Assembly: GCA_019637435.1 (NCBI GenBank)
Contig: JAHBVO010000002.1
Span: 657,519-721,518 of the forward strand
DNA length: 64,000 nucleotides
Reading direction: 5' to 3'
Source of the DNA: Candidatus Obscuribacterales bacterium
Lineage (GTDB): Bacteria; Cyanobacteriota; Vampirovibrionia; Obscuribacterales; Obscuribacteraceae
Positions 38,201 to 47,392 of this stretch are shown here, piece by piece. The notes beneath the pieces are model-generated. The model worked only from the letters and a program-made list of their open reading frames with translations, ran no database searches and was not told the origin of the DNA. Each line of letters starts with the position of its first letter. Position 1 is the stretch's first letter. The position numbers were made by a program, and so were the translations under genes.

Positions 38201-40577
38201 TGCCAGTGGTGGCGCAGGCGGTGCTGGCGGATCCGGAAGTGTTGCCGGTGGTTCTGGCGGCGCAGGTGGTGCTGGCGGTCAAGGTGGCAATGCCTCGATT
38301 GTCGATATGTCTACTGAGTCAGGAGCTATTCTCGTAAACAACGCATCCGGCGCGGCAAGCCTCGGTGGTAACGGTGGCAATGGTGGTGCGGGTGGTAATG
38401 CCGGCACGGGAGGCAGCGGTTCTGGTGGTAGTGGAGGCAACGGCGGCAACGCAGGAAGCGCTGGCAATGCCAACCTCGTAAAAGTGTCTTCAACCAGTGG
38501 TAATATTGGCATTACCGGCGATGGTACGAGCGCAGGCTTCATTGTTGGTGGTGGCTTGAGTGCTCAGGGCAGTGTCGCCGCTGGAAATGGTGGCGCAGGC
38601 GGTGCTGGTGCTAATGGTTTCAGCGGCGGTGCCGGCGGTTTCGGTGGTAATGGCGGCTCGGTCGGTAGTGCGGGAACGCTCCAGGTTACTTCAAACACTG
38701 GCAACATCGATTTCAGTCAAAAAATTGTCATCATTGCTGCAAGCGGAGATGCCGGAAGTGGAGGCAGTGGCGGCAAAGGCGGCGATGCCACCAACTCGGC
38801 TGGAGATGGCGGTAACGCAGGTAGTGGGGGTACTGGTGGTACCGGTGGCGTGGGTGGTACCATGAACATCAGCACCGGTGGATCGGTAACGACTGGTGAT
38901 AAGTTCACTGCGGATGGTTCCGCCGGCGGTGCCGGTGGTAACGGTGGTGTCGCAGGCAACGGCGGCAGCGCGTCCGGCGATGGCGGCTCCGGGGGCTCCG
39001 GTGGAAATGGTGGCGCCGCCAACAAAGGTGGCAGCATCACGATTTCGGCGCAGAACGTCAATATGAATAACTTCACTGCCAACGGATCAAGATCCGGCAA
39101 CGGTGGTAACGGTCAGAATGGTGGTACTGCAGGCTCCACCGGAAACGGTGGCAATGGTGGCAGTGGCGGAAACGGCGGAGCTGCAGCCGGCGGTGGTACT
39201 GTAAAAATTACATCCACTTCCAACACAAATGCGAACGGAATCACGGTATCCGTTAAAGGTACAACAGACGGAAGTCAAACCGGTGGTAACGGCGGAAACG
39301 CCGGAGCCGGAGCAGCAGCGGGTGCATCTGGAAGTAAAACCAGCGGTGGTAATGGCGGCAATGGTGGCAGTGCTGGCGGTGGTTCTACAGCTGTCGGCGG
39401 GAATATAATATTGACGACTACTGCGGGCACGATCACTGCAAACGCTCTTAGCGCCAACGGCAATCTTGCCGGACTCGCTCGGAACGGCGGCGTTGGTGGC
39501 AATGGTGGCACGACTTCCAGTAATGGTGATGGCGGAAACGGTGGAAGTGGCGGCACAACAGGAAAAGGCGGAGCGATTACTGTCGGGTCAACGACCGGCA
39601 CTATAAATGTTGTGGGTCTTTCTGCAGCGGGTCGAGCGGCCTCGGATGGAGGAAACGGAGGGAATGGTGGCAACACCGGGACCTCAGGCGGCGATGCCGG
39701 AAACGGGGGGGCTGGTGGCTCGTCCGGCGGCGGTGGAAGCATCACAGTAAGTACCACTACCGGAGCGATTACGGCCAATAATGCGAACGCTTCCGGTAAC
39801 GATAAAAATGGAAGTGGTGGAAATGGTGGCACTGGCGGTTCCTCTGGAAATGGAGCTGGCGGAGACGGCGGCGCTGGTGGGGCAACTGGTGGCACCGGTG
39901 GTGGTGGCTCTATCAGTATCACTTCGACATCCGGCGACATAACGGCCCTGGGCGCAGATGCGAGTGCCGGCGTGGCGACCGCTGGCACTGCCGGAAACGG
40001 TGGCACCGGCGGAGCCGGTACGACTTCAGGTGGAGGAGGCGGTGCAGCTGGCTCGACCGGTAATGGTGGCGCTGGTGGTTCCATCAAAATCACTACAGGT
40101 ACGTCCAACACGGTCACTCTGGATACCTTGAATGTATCAGGGGGAAGCATCTTCAGCCCGGGGGCGACTGGTGGCACCGGTGGAAGCGGACCAGGCAAAG
40201 GCGGAGGCTCGGGCGGTAAAGCTGGAAACGGTTCGTCGGGCGGATCCGGCGGAACCATCAATCTAACGGGGGCGGTAACCGGTCTGACTACAGTGACTGC
40301 TGACGGCGGCGATGCGCAAGCGGGCGGTGACGGCGGCGTCGGGGGCGCTGGCGGACCGAAAGGCGGCAAAGGCGGACCTGGAGCCACAGGCGGAAATGGC
40401 GGCAATGGCGGGACCGTCACGAGCAACGCTGCTCTGGGCGTAACTCCGACTGTCAGTGGTGGGACCGGCGGCGCTGCCGGTTCCGGCGGGACAGGTGGAA
40501 CCGGAACCAAACCCGGCAAAGCTGGAAAGCCCGGCAAAGCAGGCGTCGACGGCACCAATGGCTCCGTAACGCCATAG
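35283..40577 (+). CDS. Giant secreted glycine-rich modular repeat protein (putative beta-solenoid surface fibre or adhesin)
   Basis: 1764-aa ORF with aggag SD and signal peptide KPLALGAALISFLQPSAAWA. The N-terminal ~600 aa are N/T/G/I-rich and hemagglutinin-repeat-like (ITARNIINSKGG, LIAQNGIYNSGDITGG). About 19 modules follow, each a GGxGG-rich stretch plus a short strand such as GGSITISAQN or GGKVTITSTTGDI. The C-terminus is a short G-X-Y run. Confidence 0.85.
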   Translation: MPKWNKPLALGAALISFLQPSAAWADGRGQNRGQDWQAAHFLELHGMSRAERHLMRAEQRDARIEARMDRVPRSSVDASTMVRNLSRPVQPAFSLGMLPNNLNLKSMKNTINLKKFGLLEPVTITAGGKQIVIDGSSRLTAAEAVAVRQILTTGTQTIELSAKGEAVGGSMVLNQDSGQQLGRLIIPTGVTVIDNGTTGEISVRGNIINQGSLYALSSSDGNSTTITARNIINSKGGLVTGAVPTTPSVDFGDLTHGVDLTLIAQNGIYNSGDITGGAGNSNVHLTTNNLQNNGSISSIDGSLNIDALNSRGNVRINNVGGTMSATAGDINIGSNNLAFTREINILGGDYNSKNLNLNGGNGVINGVLGNVSGKMNTSARIAHVGTNTETLVLGNTCITGDPTFWNTGNIDIQGDIIVNEALSILATGNITDTSGVQHIIRARADNGSGKEINIIAGADLTSSSGTKSPIIGPFPGTGSAIPNGAKVTVKGPSAGGGNIDLGISIIDASAQKQTNGNGGNVTLIAYSDTNGANGKIKILGFDSSVPGDVKTSINTGASGFGVDGHVMIIGGGTGADAINIGSINTIGGGGGVGNVTISNSNAVGTGIASSNGTLAGNLAPGALLGGTITTNIIQTGGGFLKIETGGTADLGKTLGSTNGITSTISAFYIGTGGALTVNADKINVLGDVRADGGPGVPGLSAGAGGKGGSGTIAGNGGALTLASGAGGVTVSSGKFVLAIGGSGGVGTAGGTAKPGKGGLSGGDGGDGGNGGKVTITSTTGDIVVNSGAIIAASGGAGGNGGAGSAGSSGAKGGAGGSGGNGGAAGDGGTLLIQTGSGNINLALASQVLAGGGISPLNQGGNGGAGGAGGAGTAGAGGNGGAGGNSGNGGAAGKLTITSSSGNISLGAIQNNGGAAGTAGAGGGGGSGTGGNGGKGGAGGAGGNGSAGGVLTIDANGSGTITTNNAIQSFGGSGASGGAGGAGGSGSVAGGSGGAGGAGGQGGNASIVDMSTESGAILVNNASGAASLGGNGGNGGAGGNAGTGGSGSGGSGGNGGNAGSAGNANLVKVSSTSGNIGITGDGTSAGFIVGGGLSAQGSVAAGNGGAGGAGANGFSGGAGGFGGNGGSVGSAGTLQVTSNTGNIDFSQKIVIIAASGDAGSGGSGGKGGDATNSAGDGGNAGSGGTGGTGGVGGTMNISTGGSVTTGDKFTADGSAGGAGGNGGVAGNGGSASGDGGSGGSGGNGGAANKGGSITISAQNVNMNNFTANGSRSGNGGNGQNGGTAGSTGNGGNGGSGGNGGAAAGGGTVKITSTSNTNANGITVSVKGTTDGSQTGGNGGNAGAGAAAGASGSKTSGGNGGNGGSAGGGSTAVGGNIILTTTAGTITANALSANGNLAGLARNGGVGGNGGTTSSNGDGGNGGSGGTTGKGGAITVGSTTGTINVVGLSAAGRAASDGGNGGNGGNTGTSGGDAGNGGAGGSSGGGGSITVSTTTGAITANNANASGNDKNGSGGNGGTGGSSGNGAGGDGGAGGATGGTGGGGSISITSTSGDITALGADASAGVATAGTAGNGGTGGAGTTSGGGGGAAGSTGNGGAGGSIKITTGTSNTVTLDTLNVSGGSIFSPGATGGTGGSGPGKGGGSGGKAGNGSSGGSGGTINLTGAVTGLTTVTADGGDAQAGGDGGVGGAGGPKGGKGGPGATGGNGGNGGTVTSNAALGVTPTVSGGTGGAAGSGGTGGTGTKPGKAGKPGKAGVDGTNGSVTP

Positions 40578-40695
40578 AGCAGATTCTCTTCAATAATCCG
40601 GCACAAACGCTTTGATGTCTATTGAGGTTGCTGAGCTTTTTTGCCTGAGGACTTTTACAATCTAACAGACTGGGTGGGCACAGCGAGGAATCATT

Positions 40696-42840
40696 TTGAT
40701 TTGCAGATTGCACTCAAGCCGGGCGCGGGCGCTGTTGTCGATAGCAATCGTTTTGTCCGGACTCTTCCCATCTGTCTCGCTTGCAGAGAGCCGCTTCGAG
40801 AAGCAGGCACGGACGAATCAGCGAATGCTCGAGCGCGCATTGCTGAACGCCCCGAATGACGCCAACCTGCTAATGGCAAAAGTAAACTATTTAATAGCCC
40901 AGAAGAGTTATGATGCGGCCCTGTCAATTTGCGCCGAACAATTAAAAGTAGCTCCCGTTCAAGCTGTGCATGAACTCTCTGATTACGCTCTGCACTACTA
41001 CAGCTCCGTCCAAGCAGTCCCAACGAGAGGGAAGTGGTTGTGCCGCAAGGCCGAGATTGAATATGAGCTTGACCGCTTCGATGAAGCGCTAGAAGACTGC
41101 GAAGCGAGTCTAGCAACTTATTGCGAAGAACGGACGCGAGCGTACTTTCTTAAGAGCAGAATTCTATCTGCGATGGGCCGCCTGGGCGAATCCTGTAGTG
41201 CCTTTGACACCGGTGTTTATCTGGTTTCGGAGAGTTCAAGCCGCGATCGTTATCCGATTTCCCAGTACATGCGAGACACTGCACTTCAAATCGGCGTTCG
41301 CAAAGACCCGATAAAAGAAAGCGTTGACTCATACGTAGACAGTTATGCGGCAGAAAAATTCCAGCCGCGAATTGAACATGCCGATGATCTGCTGGAAATC
41401 ATTTATAAACTAGCTAATTTGAAGGCACCGGATTCGGTGGCTCAACTGAGGGGGGTCTTGAATTCAGAAGTATGCTACGAGACCCGTAAGAAAAATGCTG
41501 GTTATACTCTCTTTGCTCCGAGTGAAAGCTGGAGGAGCGGCTATTTTGTGAAAAATATTGGGACTTTTGCGAGAAACGAGCTAAATTTAAAACCAGACAT
41601 CTTGTATGCATGCGTATCTTCGGACAAGGTCAAGGCGAAGTTCGGTGAACCGTATCGTACAGATGGCATTGTCTTTCATTCTGATCCAACCTCGCTTCGA
41701 TACATCACACCGGAGTACGAGTTGATATTCAGCTTTAGTCATAGTGGAAGCAGGGCCCTAATGAACGTGCAAGTCCTCTGGAGCAGCGATGAGTATAAGA
41801 CTGCTGTCGCTGAGGCTAAGGTTAACCGTCAGACGCGGGAAGCAGCAGAAGGTATCGAGTCTGTTGCAATCGTTCAGAATGTTAGACAACTTATTGGAAT
41901 GGAGTTACCGACCAAGGAAGTCGTAGAGAAACTTTTTGGGCATAAACTCAACCCCTTCCGACTAACAGAACCCAGGAGTTGGTCCCTGGGTTATCAAAAT
42001 CCAAACTACAACGGCCCAGTTGATACCGACTATCAGCTCACTTTTGCGCCACTTGGCACGGTAGACACGGACGCCCAACTTCAAATTAGTCCAGGAACCC
42101 AGAATCACAAAATTAACAGAAAACAAGTCGAGTCAGTTTTCCCTTGCACCATCATAAGTACCGAGCCAAGCCCGAAACCAAGCAAGGCGCGGTTGACCAA
42201 AGCGAGCTACAAAGGTAAATTCGCTTCGCTGACTATGGAATTCGATAACAATCAACCGGGCTCGCCCGTGGGGCGAATTCTGTTGTGGTGGCAGGGCAAA
42301 AACGCGGCTCGAACACTTGAGGAATACGAGAAAGAACAATCGGTCAATACAATTCTTGTCGATGCCGATTGTGCGATTTCGCAACGCGACTTTGAGCGGG
42401 CTCGCTTCTTGTTGGACAGAGCGTTCAATCGGGCTGAGAATTCTGGTCAGAGAACGACAGCATTCGAGCAACTATCGAAGGTCAGAGCTGGTTACTTGAA
42501 ACTGTTCACTTATTTGAAGAAGCCGGGGGAAATAGCCTACCTGAAGAAGGTTTCTTGTGCGCAATTGCGAGGGGATTTACTAAACCCCGAGGAGCTTTCG
42601 CTGTATGACGGCGTATTCTTCCCAACAGACCGCCAGTTAAGGGGGCGATGGAGAGTGAACAAAAACTCATCTGGGAGTTCCTTGGAGTGCACAAAGCTTG
42701 GCATGTTCATGGCTCGGAATGCCGAAGATGAAACCGCGATGCGGAAACTTTATCCATACGGTACCGACGGCAGTTTCGACATTGAATGTCCTCCTGCGCA
42801 ACTGGTGGATTCCATGTACTTCGATTTGATGGCGAAATAG
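40696..42840 (+). CDS. Hypothetical secreted protein with N-terminal TPR-like helical repeats
   Basis: 714-aa ORF. Signal-like ALLSIAIVLSGLFPSVSLAES, then TPR-like helices (LLMAKVNYLIAQKSYDAALSICAEQL, AEIEYELDRFDEALEDCEASL). TTG start after gaggaa. Confidence 0.55.
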   Translation: MICRLHSSRARALLSIAIVLSGLFPSVSLAESRFEKQARTNQRMLERALLNAPNDANLLMAKVNYLIAQKSYDAALSICAEQLKVAPVQAVHELSDYALHYYSSVQAVPTRGKWLCRKAEIEYELDRFDEALEDCEASLATYCEERTRAYFLKSRILSAMGRLGESCSAFDTGVYLVSESSSRDRYPISQYMRDTALQIGVRKDPIKESVDSYVDSYAAEKFQPRIEHADDLLEIIYKLANLKAPDSVAQLRGVLNSEVCYETRKKNAGYTLFAPSESWRSGYFVKNIGTFARNELNLKPDILYACVSSDKVKAKFGEPYRTDGIVFHSDPTSLRYITPEYELIFSFSHSGSRALMNVQVLWSSDEYKTAVAEAKVNRQTREAAEGIESVAIVQNVRQLIGMELPTKEVVEKLFGHKLNPFRLTEPRSWSLGYQNPNYNGPVDTDYQLTFAPLGTVDTDAQLQISPGTQNHKINRKQVESVFPCTIISTEPSPKPSKARLTKASYKGKFASLTMEFDNNQPGSPVGRILLWWQGKNAARTLEEYEKEQSVNTILVDADCAISQRDFERARFLLDRAFNRAENSGQRTTAFEQLSKVRAGYLKLFTYLKKPGEIAYLKKVSCAQLRGDLLNPEELSLYDGVFFPTDRQLRGRWRVNKNSSGSSLECTKLGMFMARNAEDETAMRKLYPYGTDGSFDIECPPAQLVDSMYFDLMAK

Positions 42841-43116
42841 AGAGGAGGACGCCGGTTCAAAAGGTTGTCATGGTATTGCGTGAATCTGTTGAACCGAGCT
42901 GGCGAGCCGCAGAACGTAATCTGCCCCTGATTCAGTGTACCGGTATGAGCGATATGTCATACTGTGTCTTCCTAATCGAGGCAGCTTCGCTGTTAAGTCT
43001 CTGCGGGCTGTGGCGTCTTGACTGACCGCCTCGACGATTGGTGTTTGCCGATCATGGTGCACCACAGGTGGTGCAAGAAACCCGTCAGCATGCAGTTAAC
43101 TTCAAAGGAGAAGGTT

Positions 43117-43686
43117 ATGGTAAAACGGTTTTTGGGCGCATTTGCAATCGCGTCGCTCGTTGCGGCACCGGCGATTGCTGCGGACTATCCGAAGATCGCA
43201 TATGATGCGAAGTACACTATGAAGTCGCCACAGGGATCTTCTGAGATGCGCATGGCTTCGGACGGCGCAGGCAAACTTTTGACTGCCACAAAGATGGCTG
43301 GGATGTCGACAACCTCGATCGTGGATTACACGAATATGACCAGCACCACATTGATTGACGCCAACAAAATGGCGATGGTTAACAAACTTCCCGCGACTCA
43401 GAAGTACATGGGCGATGCCGATGCAATCAAGAAAAATGGTGGCAAAGATCTCGGCAGTAAAACTATCGCTGGTCATCCGTGCCACGGTTGGGAGTACACC
43501 ACTGATGGTGCCAAATCAGAGTGTTGGATTGGTGATGACATCAAAACGATGGTTCAATCAACGAGCACTACCAAGCAAGGCAAAACTGTCATGACGCTTA
43601 CGAGCTTCAAGGCTGGCGCTCCGGCTGCGAGTGATTTCAAAATTCCGGCAGGATACAAAATGATGAAGGTTCCTGGCGCTGGTTAA
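43117..43686 (+). CDS. Hypothetical secreted protein
   Basis: aggagaagg SD followed by an ATG at 43117. Signal peptide MVKRFLGAFAIASLVAAPAIAA. Confidence 0.55.
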   Translation: MVKRFLGAFAIASLVAAPAIAADYPKIAYDAKYTMKSPQGSSEMRMASDGAGKLLTATKMAGMSTTSIVDYTNMTSTTLIDANKMAMVNKLPATQKYMGDADAIKKNGGKDLGSKTIAGHPCHGWEYTTDGAKSECWIGDDIKTMVQSTSTTKQGKTVMTLTSFKAGAPAASDFKIPAGYKMMKVPGAG

Positions 43687-43924
43687 ATCCTGAAATGCTT
43701 ATCTATCGAGCGTTTGCAGTTTGATTCCAGTATCTGAAAAGTAACTGAGGATCCGATCGGATACCTGCTCGTCACGTTGGAGAGTAACAATTACCTCCCA
43801 CGGGACGGGCTTTTCCGCGATCATGGTTACCAAAAATTGGAGATCACAACTTATTCGTTGTAAGTCGTTTTAAAATTTGTCTGTTGCCATCGGCAATAGT
43901 CGTAGTTGGACATATGGAAAAAAT

Positions 43925-44779
43925 ATGAAACTCAAACCTCTATTCCTTTCAGTAGGCCTCGCATTCATGATTAACTCAGCTGCAACGGCTGCAGAAACGC
44001 CGAAACTTGAATTTCCTCAACCGAGCCCGTCCTGCACTCTCAAGCAACGCGTCGGTTTGACGGATGTCGAAGTCACTTATTCGAGACCCGGTAAAAAAGA
44101 TCGCGAGATTTTCGGAACGGTCGTACCATACGACAAGGTTTGGCGCACCGGAGCTAACGCAGCTACTAAACTGGTTTTCAGTACTCCCGTCAAATTGAAT
44201 GGCAATGAAGTTCCCGCTGGCACTTATGCATTGATGACCATTCCAGGCAAAGAAGAATGGACCGTTATAATCAACAAGAACACCGATCAGTGGGGCTCTT
44301 ACAAGTACGACGAGAAACAAGATCTTGTTCGGTTCAAGGTTAAACCGGTCGAACTCGCGAAATCAGTCGATGCATTCACAATTGAATTCAACGATATTCG
44401 CGATGAATCCTCGAACTTGAACCTCACATGGGACAAAACATCTGTTCCGATCAAGCTCGAAGTTTCTTACGTTGAAAAACTGATGGCTGACATCGATAAA
44501 GTGATGTCATCTGATGATGCTAAGAAACCGTACTTCCAAGCAGCGGCGTTTTATTTCAATCACGGCGGCGACCTGGCTAAGGCAAGCAAGTGGGTTGATC
44601 AAGCAATAGCTGAGCGCGAGGCGTTTTACATCGTTCACCTGAAGGCTCAAATTCTTGCAAAACAGGGCGAGAAAAAAGAAGCGCTTGCAGCTGCGAAACG
44701 TTCAAGCGAACTTGCTGAAAAAGCCAATGACGGCGCTTACATCAGATTGAACGACGAACTTATCAAAAAGCTCCAGTAG
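43925..44779 (+). CDS. DUF2911-family secreted protein with C-terminal helical (TPR-like) extension
   Basis: VEVTYSRPGKKDREIFGTVVPYDKVWRTGANAATKLVFSTPVKLNGNEVPAGTYALMTIP matches the DUF2911 pattern as I recall it. Signal peptide MKLKPLFLSVGLAFMINSAATA. Confidence 0.7.
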   Translation: MKLKPLFLSVGLAFMINSAATAAETPKLEFPQPSPSCTLKQRVGLTDVEVTYSRPGKKDREIFGTVVPYDKVWRTGANAATKLVFSTPVKLNGNEVPAGTYALMTIPGKEEWTVIINKNTDQWGSYKYDEKQDLVRFKVKPVELAKSVDAFTIEFNDIRDESSNLNLTWDKTSVPIKLEVSYVEKLMADIDKVMSSDDAKKPYFQAAAFYFNHGGDLAKASKWVDQAIAEREAFYIVHLKAQILAKQGEKKEALAAAKRSSELAEKANDGAYIRLNDELIKKLQ

Positions 44780-44794
44780 TTTAGTGGTAAAACG

Positions 44795-47392
44795 TTGAAG
44801 GTATCTAAGGAATCATCATTCAAGAAGTGGCGTTGTGCAATTGCCCTAATGGCTTGCGCAACGTCGCTTTTTGCGTGCTCCGATGTGCCGGCGCTTGGAG
44901 CGGATAAACCGAATTTGAGTTTAAAAATGCACACTGAATCTCCGAAAGAAATACTGCATCAGCTCGAGAGTTTTCGGCAGATGGGAAGCGTTCTCTATGT
45001 AGCGGCGCACCCGGACGACGAGAACACTGAGTTGCTGACTTATCTAGCGCGCGGCCGCAAATACCGCACTGCCTATTTGTCGCTCACTCGCGGAGATGGT
45101 GGGCAGAATGTGTTGGGCGCGGACTTGGGAGATAAACTTGGTCTGGCGCGAACTCAAGAACTTCTTGCTGCCAGGCAGATAGACGGCGCTCATCAGTTTT
45201 TCTCACGCGCAATTGATTTCGGTTTTTCGAAGAATTATCAGGAGACTCTTAGCGTTTGGGATAAACAAGAAATTCTTTCAGACGTTGTTCGAGTAATTCG
45301 TAAGTTTCGTCCGGATGTCGTTATTACTCGTTTTTCACCGAAGCCTGGTGGCACCCACGGACATCACACAACGTCAACAATTCTTGCGCAGGAAGCGTTT
45401 AAACTGGCTGGCGATCCGAAGGCGTTCCCTGAACAGAAGCTTGAACCCTGGCAGCCTAAGAGGATCTTCTGGAACTGCTCGATCTGGCAAAAGGACAAAA
45501 TAGGCGACGCTGAGATTTTGAAAATTGATGCGGGCGGAAAAGATTCGGTGACGGATGAGACGTATCATTCTCTTGCGAGAGCCAGTCGTGCAATGCACAA
45601 GACACAGGGATTCGATACTTTCCAATTCCCCGGCGACAAGAATGAGCAGCGCACCGAGCAGTTTCAATTACTCGATGGCGAGCCTGCTACGACCGACATC
45701 ATGGACGGTGTCATTACCAGCTGGAAACGTGTCGAAGGTGGCGATGCAATTGACAGGGAAATTGCGGATATCATCGGTCGATTTGATGTAATGAAACCGG
45801 CGAAAAGCGTGCCCGGAATACTGAAACTTCGCATAGCGCTGGACAAGCTGCCAAACAAAGACTCGATCGTCAACGAGAAGCGAGAGCAGCTTGATTTGAT
45901 ACTGCAAGAATGTCTCGGCTTGAAGACAGAGACAACTGTTTTCAACGCCGATGTTGTGCCCGGAGAGCAGATGAAATTGCACGGCTCTGCTGTGATCAAT
46001 TCTGATGCACCGAATGCGGTGAAGTGGATAGCGGTGAAGTATCCGCTGCTGAAGAAAGAAGTGATGCGAAATGTCGAGCTCAAGCCGTACGCCGCAAGTA
46101 CCTTCGAAGAGACGGAGACGATGCCGGAGCATGCGCCTTTGACGCAGCCGTACTGGCTTCGAGCGGAGGGAACGCCTGGTGTGTTTCATGTTGAAGAACA
46201 GGATTTAATAGGTACTCCTGAAAATGCGCCATCGTTTCCGATTGAAAACGTTTTTGAAATCGATGGACAGACGCTCGTCGTGCGAGATGAACCCGTACAG
46301 ATATCTACGGATGCTGCCGGAAATCAGATTCGTCGTCGGCTGGACATAATTCCTCCCGTATCCATGCGTTTCACCACTGAAGTAGCTATTATGAATCCGG
46401 GAGCTTCGAAATCTGTCGAGGTCGAGATTAAGGCGGCTCGCGGTGGCTCAAAGGGAAGTTTGAAGTTGGATGTGCCCTCTGGATGGAAAGTTGAGCCAGA
46501 TAAGCAAGCGTTCGACTTAGCTGATGTTGGTCAAGTGGGCCACTTTACGTTTAAACTCACCGCGCCGAACAAGCCTGGTTCTGCTCGCGTTCTGGCGGAA
46601 GCCGATATAAACGGTTTGAAGTATCACAATCAGCGTATCGAGATAAGCTATCCACACTTACCTCGTCAGTTGCTTCTGCCACCGACCGTAGTGAGAGCAG
46701 TTAGTCTGGATTTAAAAACGCTCGGCAAGTCAGTTGGTTATCTTCCTGGAGCCGGTGACAGTTTGGCCGAAAACCTTCAGCAAATGGGATATGCGGTAAA
46801 GATGCTTGATGATGCAAGCTTGACTGCTAAAGATCTTGAAGGACTCGATGCAGTCGTTCTTGGCGTGCGCGCCTTCAACGTACGGGTTAATATCGGTAAG
46901 GCGATGCCGGCTCTGATGTCGTATGTGGAAAATGGTGGCACGATGATTGTCCAATATAATCGCCCCGACCAGATGAAGACTGACAAAATCGCTCCGTTCG
47001 ATCTAAAAATTTCGCGAGATCGAGTCACTGACGAAAACGCGGCGATCACCTTTTTAGCGCCGGAAAGTCCGATTCTAAACACCCCAAACAAGCTGACTTC
47101 AGCTGACTTTGAAGGTTGGGTTCAGGAGCGGGGCCTGTATTTCCCGGACCGTTGGGACTCGCATTTCCTGCCGATTCTATCTTGCGCAGATCGAGATGAA
47201 GCGCCATCGAAAGGTGTTTTGCTTATCGCCCCTTATGGTAAAGGACACTACATCTATACAGGATTAAGTTTCTTCCGGCAGTTGCCTGCTGGAGTACCTG
47301 GCGCTTACAGGTTATTCGCGAATATGGTTTCGCTCAGCGCGGAAAGTTCATCAATCTCTGCGTCTACCCCGTCTAAAAATAATGAGCACTGA
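44795..47392 (+). CDS. Large PIG-L/LmbE-family deacetylase domain protein
   Basis: LmbE signature VAAHPDDENTELLTYLARGRKYRTAYLSLTRGDGGQN near the N-terminus, followed by about 600 aa more. The start codon is uncertain (TTG at 44795). Confidence 0.75.
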   Translation: MKVSKESSFKKWRCAIALMACATSLFACSDVPALGADKPNLSLKMHTESPKEILHQLESFRQMGSVLYVAAHPDDENTELLTYLARGRKYRTAYLSLTRGDGGQNVLGADLGDKLGLARTQELLAARQIDGAHQFFSRAIDFGFSKNYQETLSVWDKQEILSDVVRVIRKFRPDVVITRFSPKPGGTHGHHTTSTILAQEAFKLAGDPKAFPEQKLEPWQPKRIFWNCSIWQKDKIGDAEILKIDAGGKDSVTDETYHSLARASRAMHKTQGFDTFQFPGDKNEQRTEQFQLLDGEPATTDIMDGVITSWKRVEGGDAIDREIADIIGRFDVMKPAKSVPGILKLRIALDKLPNKDSIVNEKREQLDLILQECLGLKTETTVFNADVVPGEQMKLHGSAVINSDAPNAVKWIAVKYPLLKKEVMRNVELKPYAASTFEETETMPEHAPLTQPYWLRAEGTPGVFHVEEQDLIGTPENAPSFPIENVFEIDGQTLVVRDEPVQISTDAAGNQIRRRLDIIPPVSMRFTTEVAIMNPGASKSVEVEIKAARGGSKGSLKLDVPSGWKVEPDKQAFDLADVGQVGHFTFKLTAPNKPGSARVLAEADINGLKYHNQRIEISYPHLPRQLLLPPTVVRAVSLDLKTLGKSVGYLPGAGDSLAENLQQMGYAVKMLDDASLTAKDLEGLDAVVLGVRAFNVRVNIGKAMPALMSYVENGGTMIVQYNRPDQMKTDKIAPFDLKISRDRVTDENAAITFLAPESPILNTPNKLTSADFEGWVQERGLYFPDRWDSHFLPILSCADRDEAPSKGVLLIAPYGKGHYIYTGLSFFRQLPAGVPGAYRLFANMVSLSAESSSISASTPSKNNEH

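Noticed and set aside
35414-40713. Long minus-strand ORFs (up to 443 aa) encoding proline-rich 'proteins' (PPxPP repeats), plus other alternate-frame ORFs inside 35283-40577.
   Set aside because: They are the antisense or frameshifted reading of GGN-rich glycine codons (GGN reads as NCC). They have no independent start context and lie entirely within a much longer plus-strand ORF that has an SD and a signal peptide.
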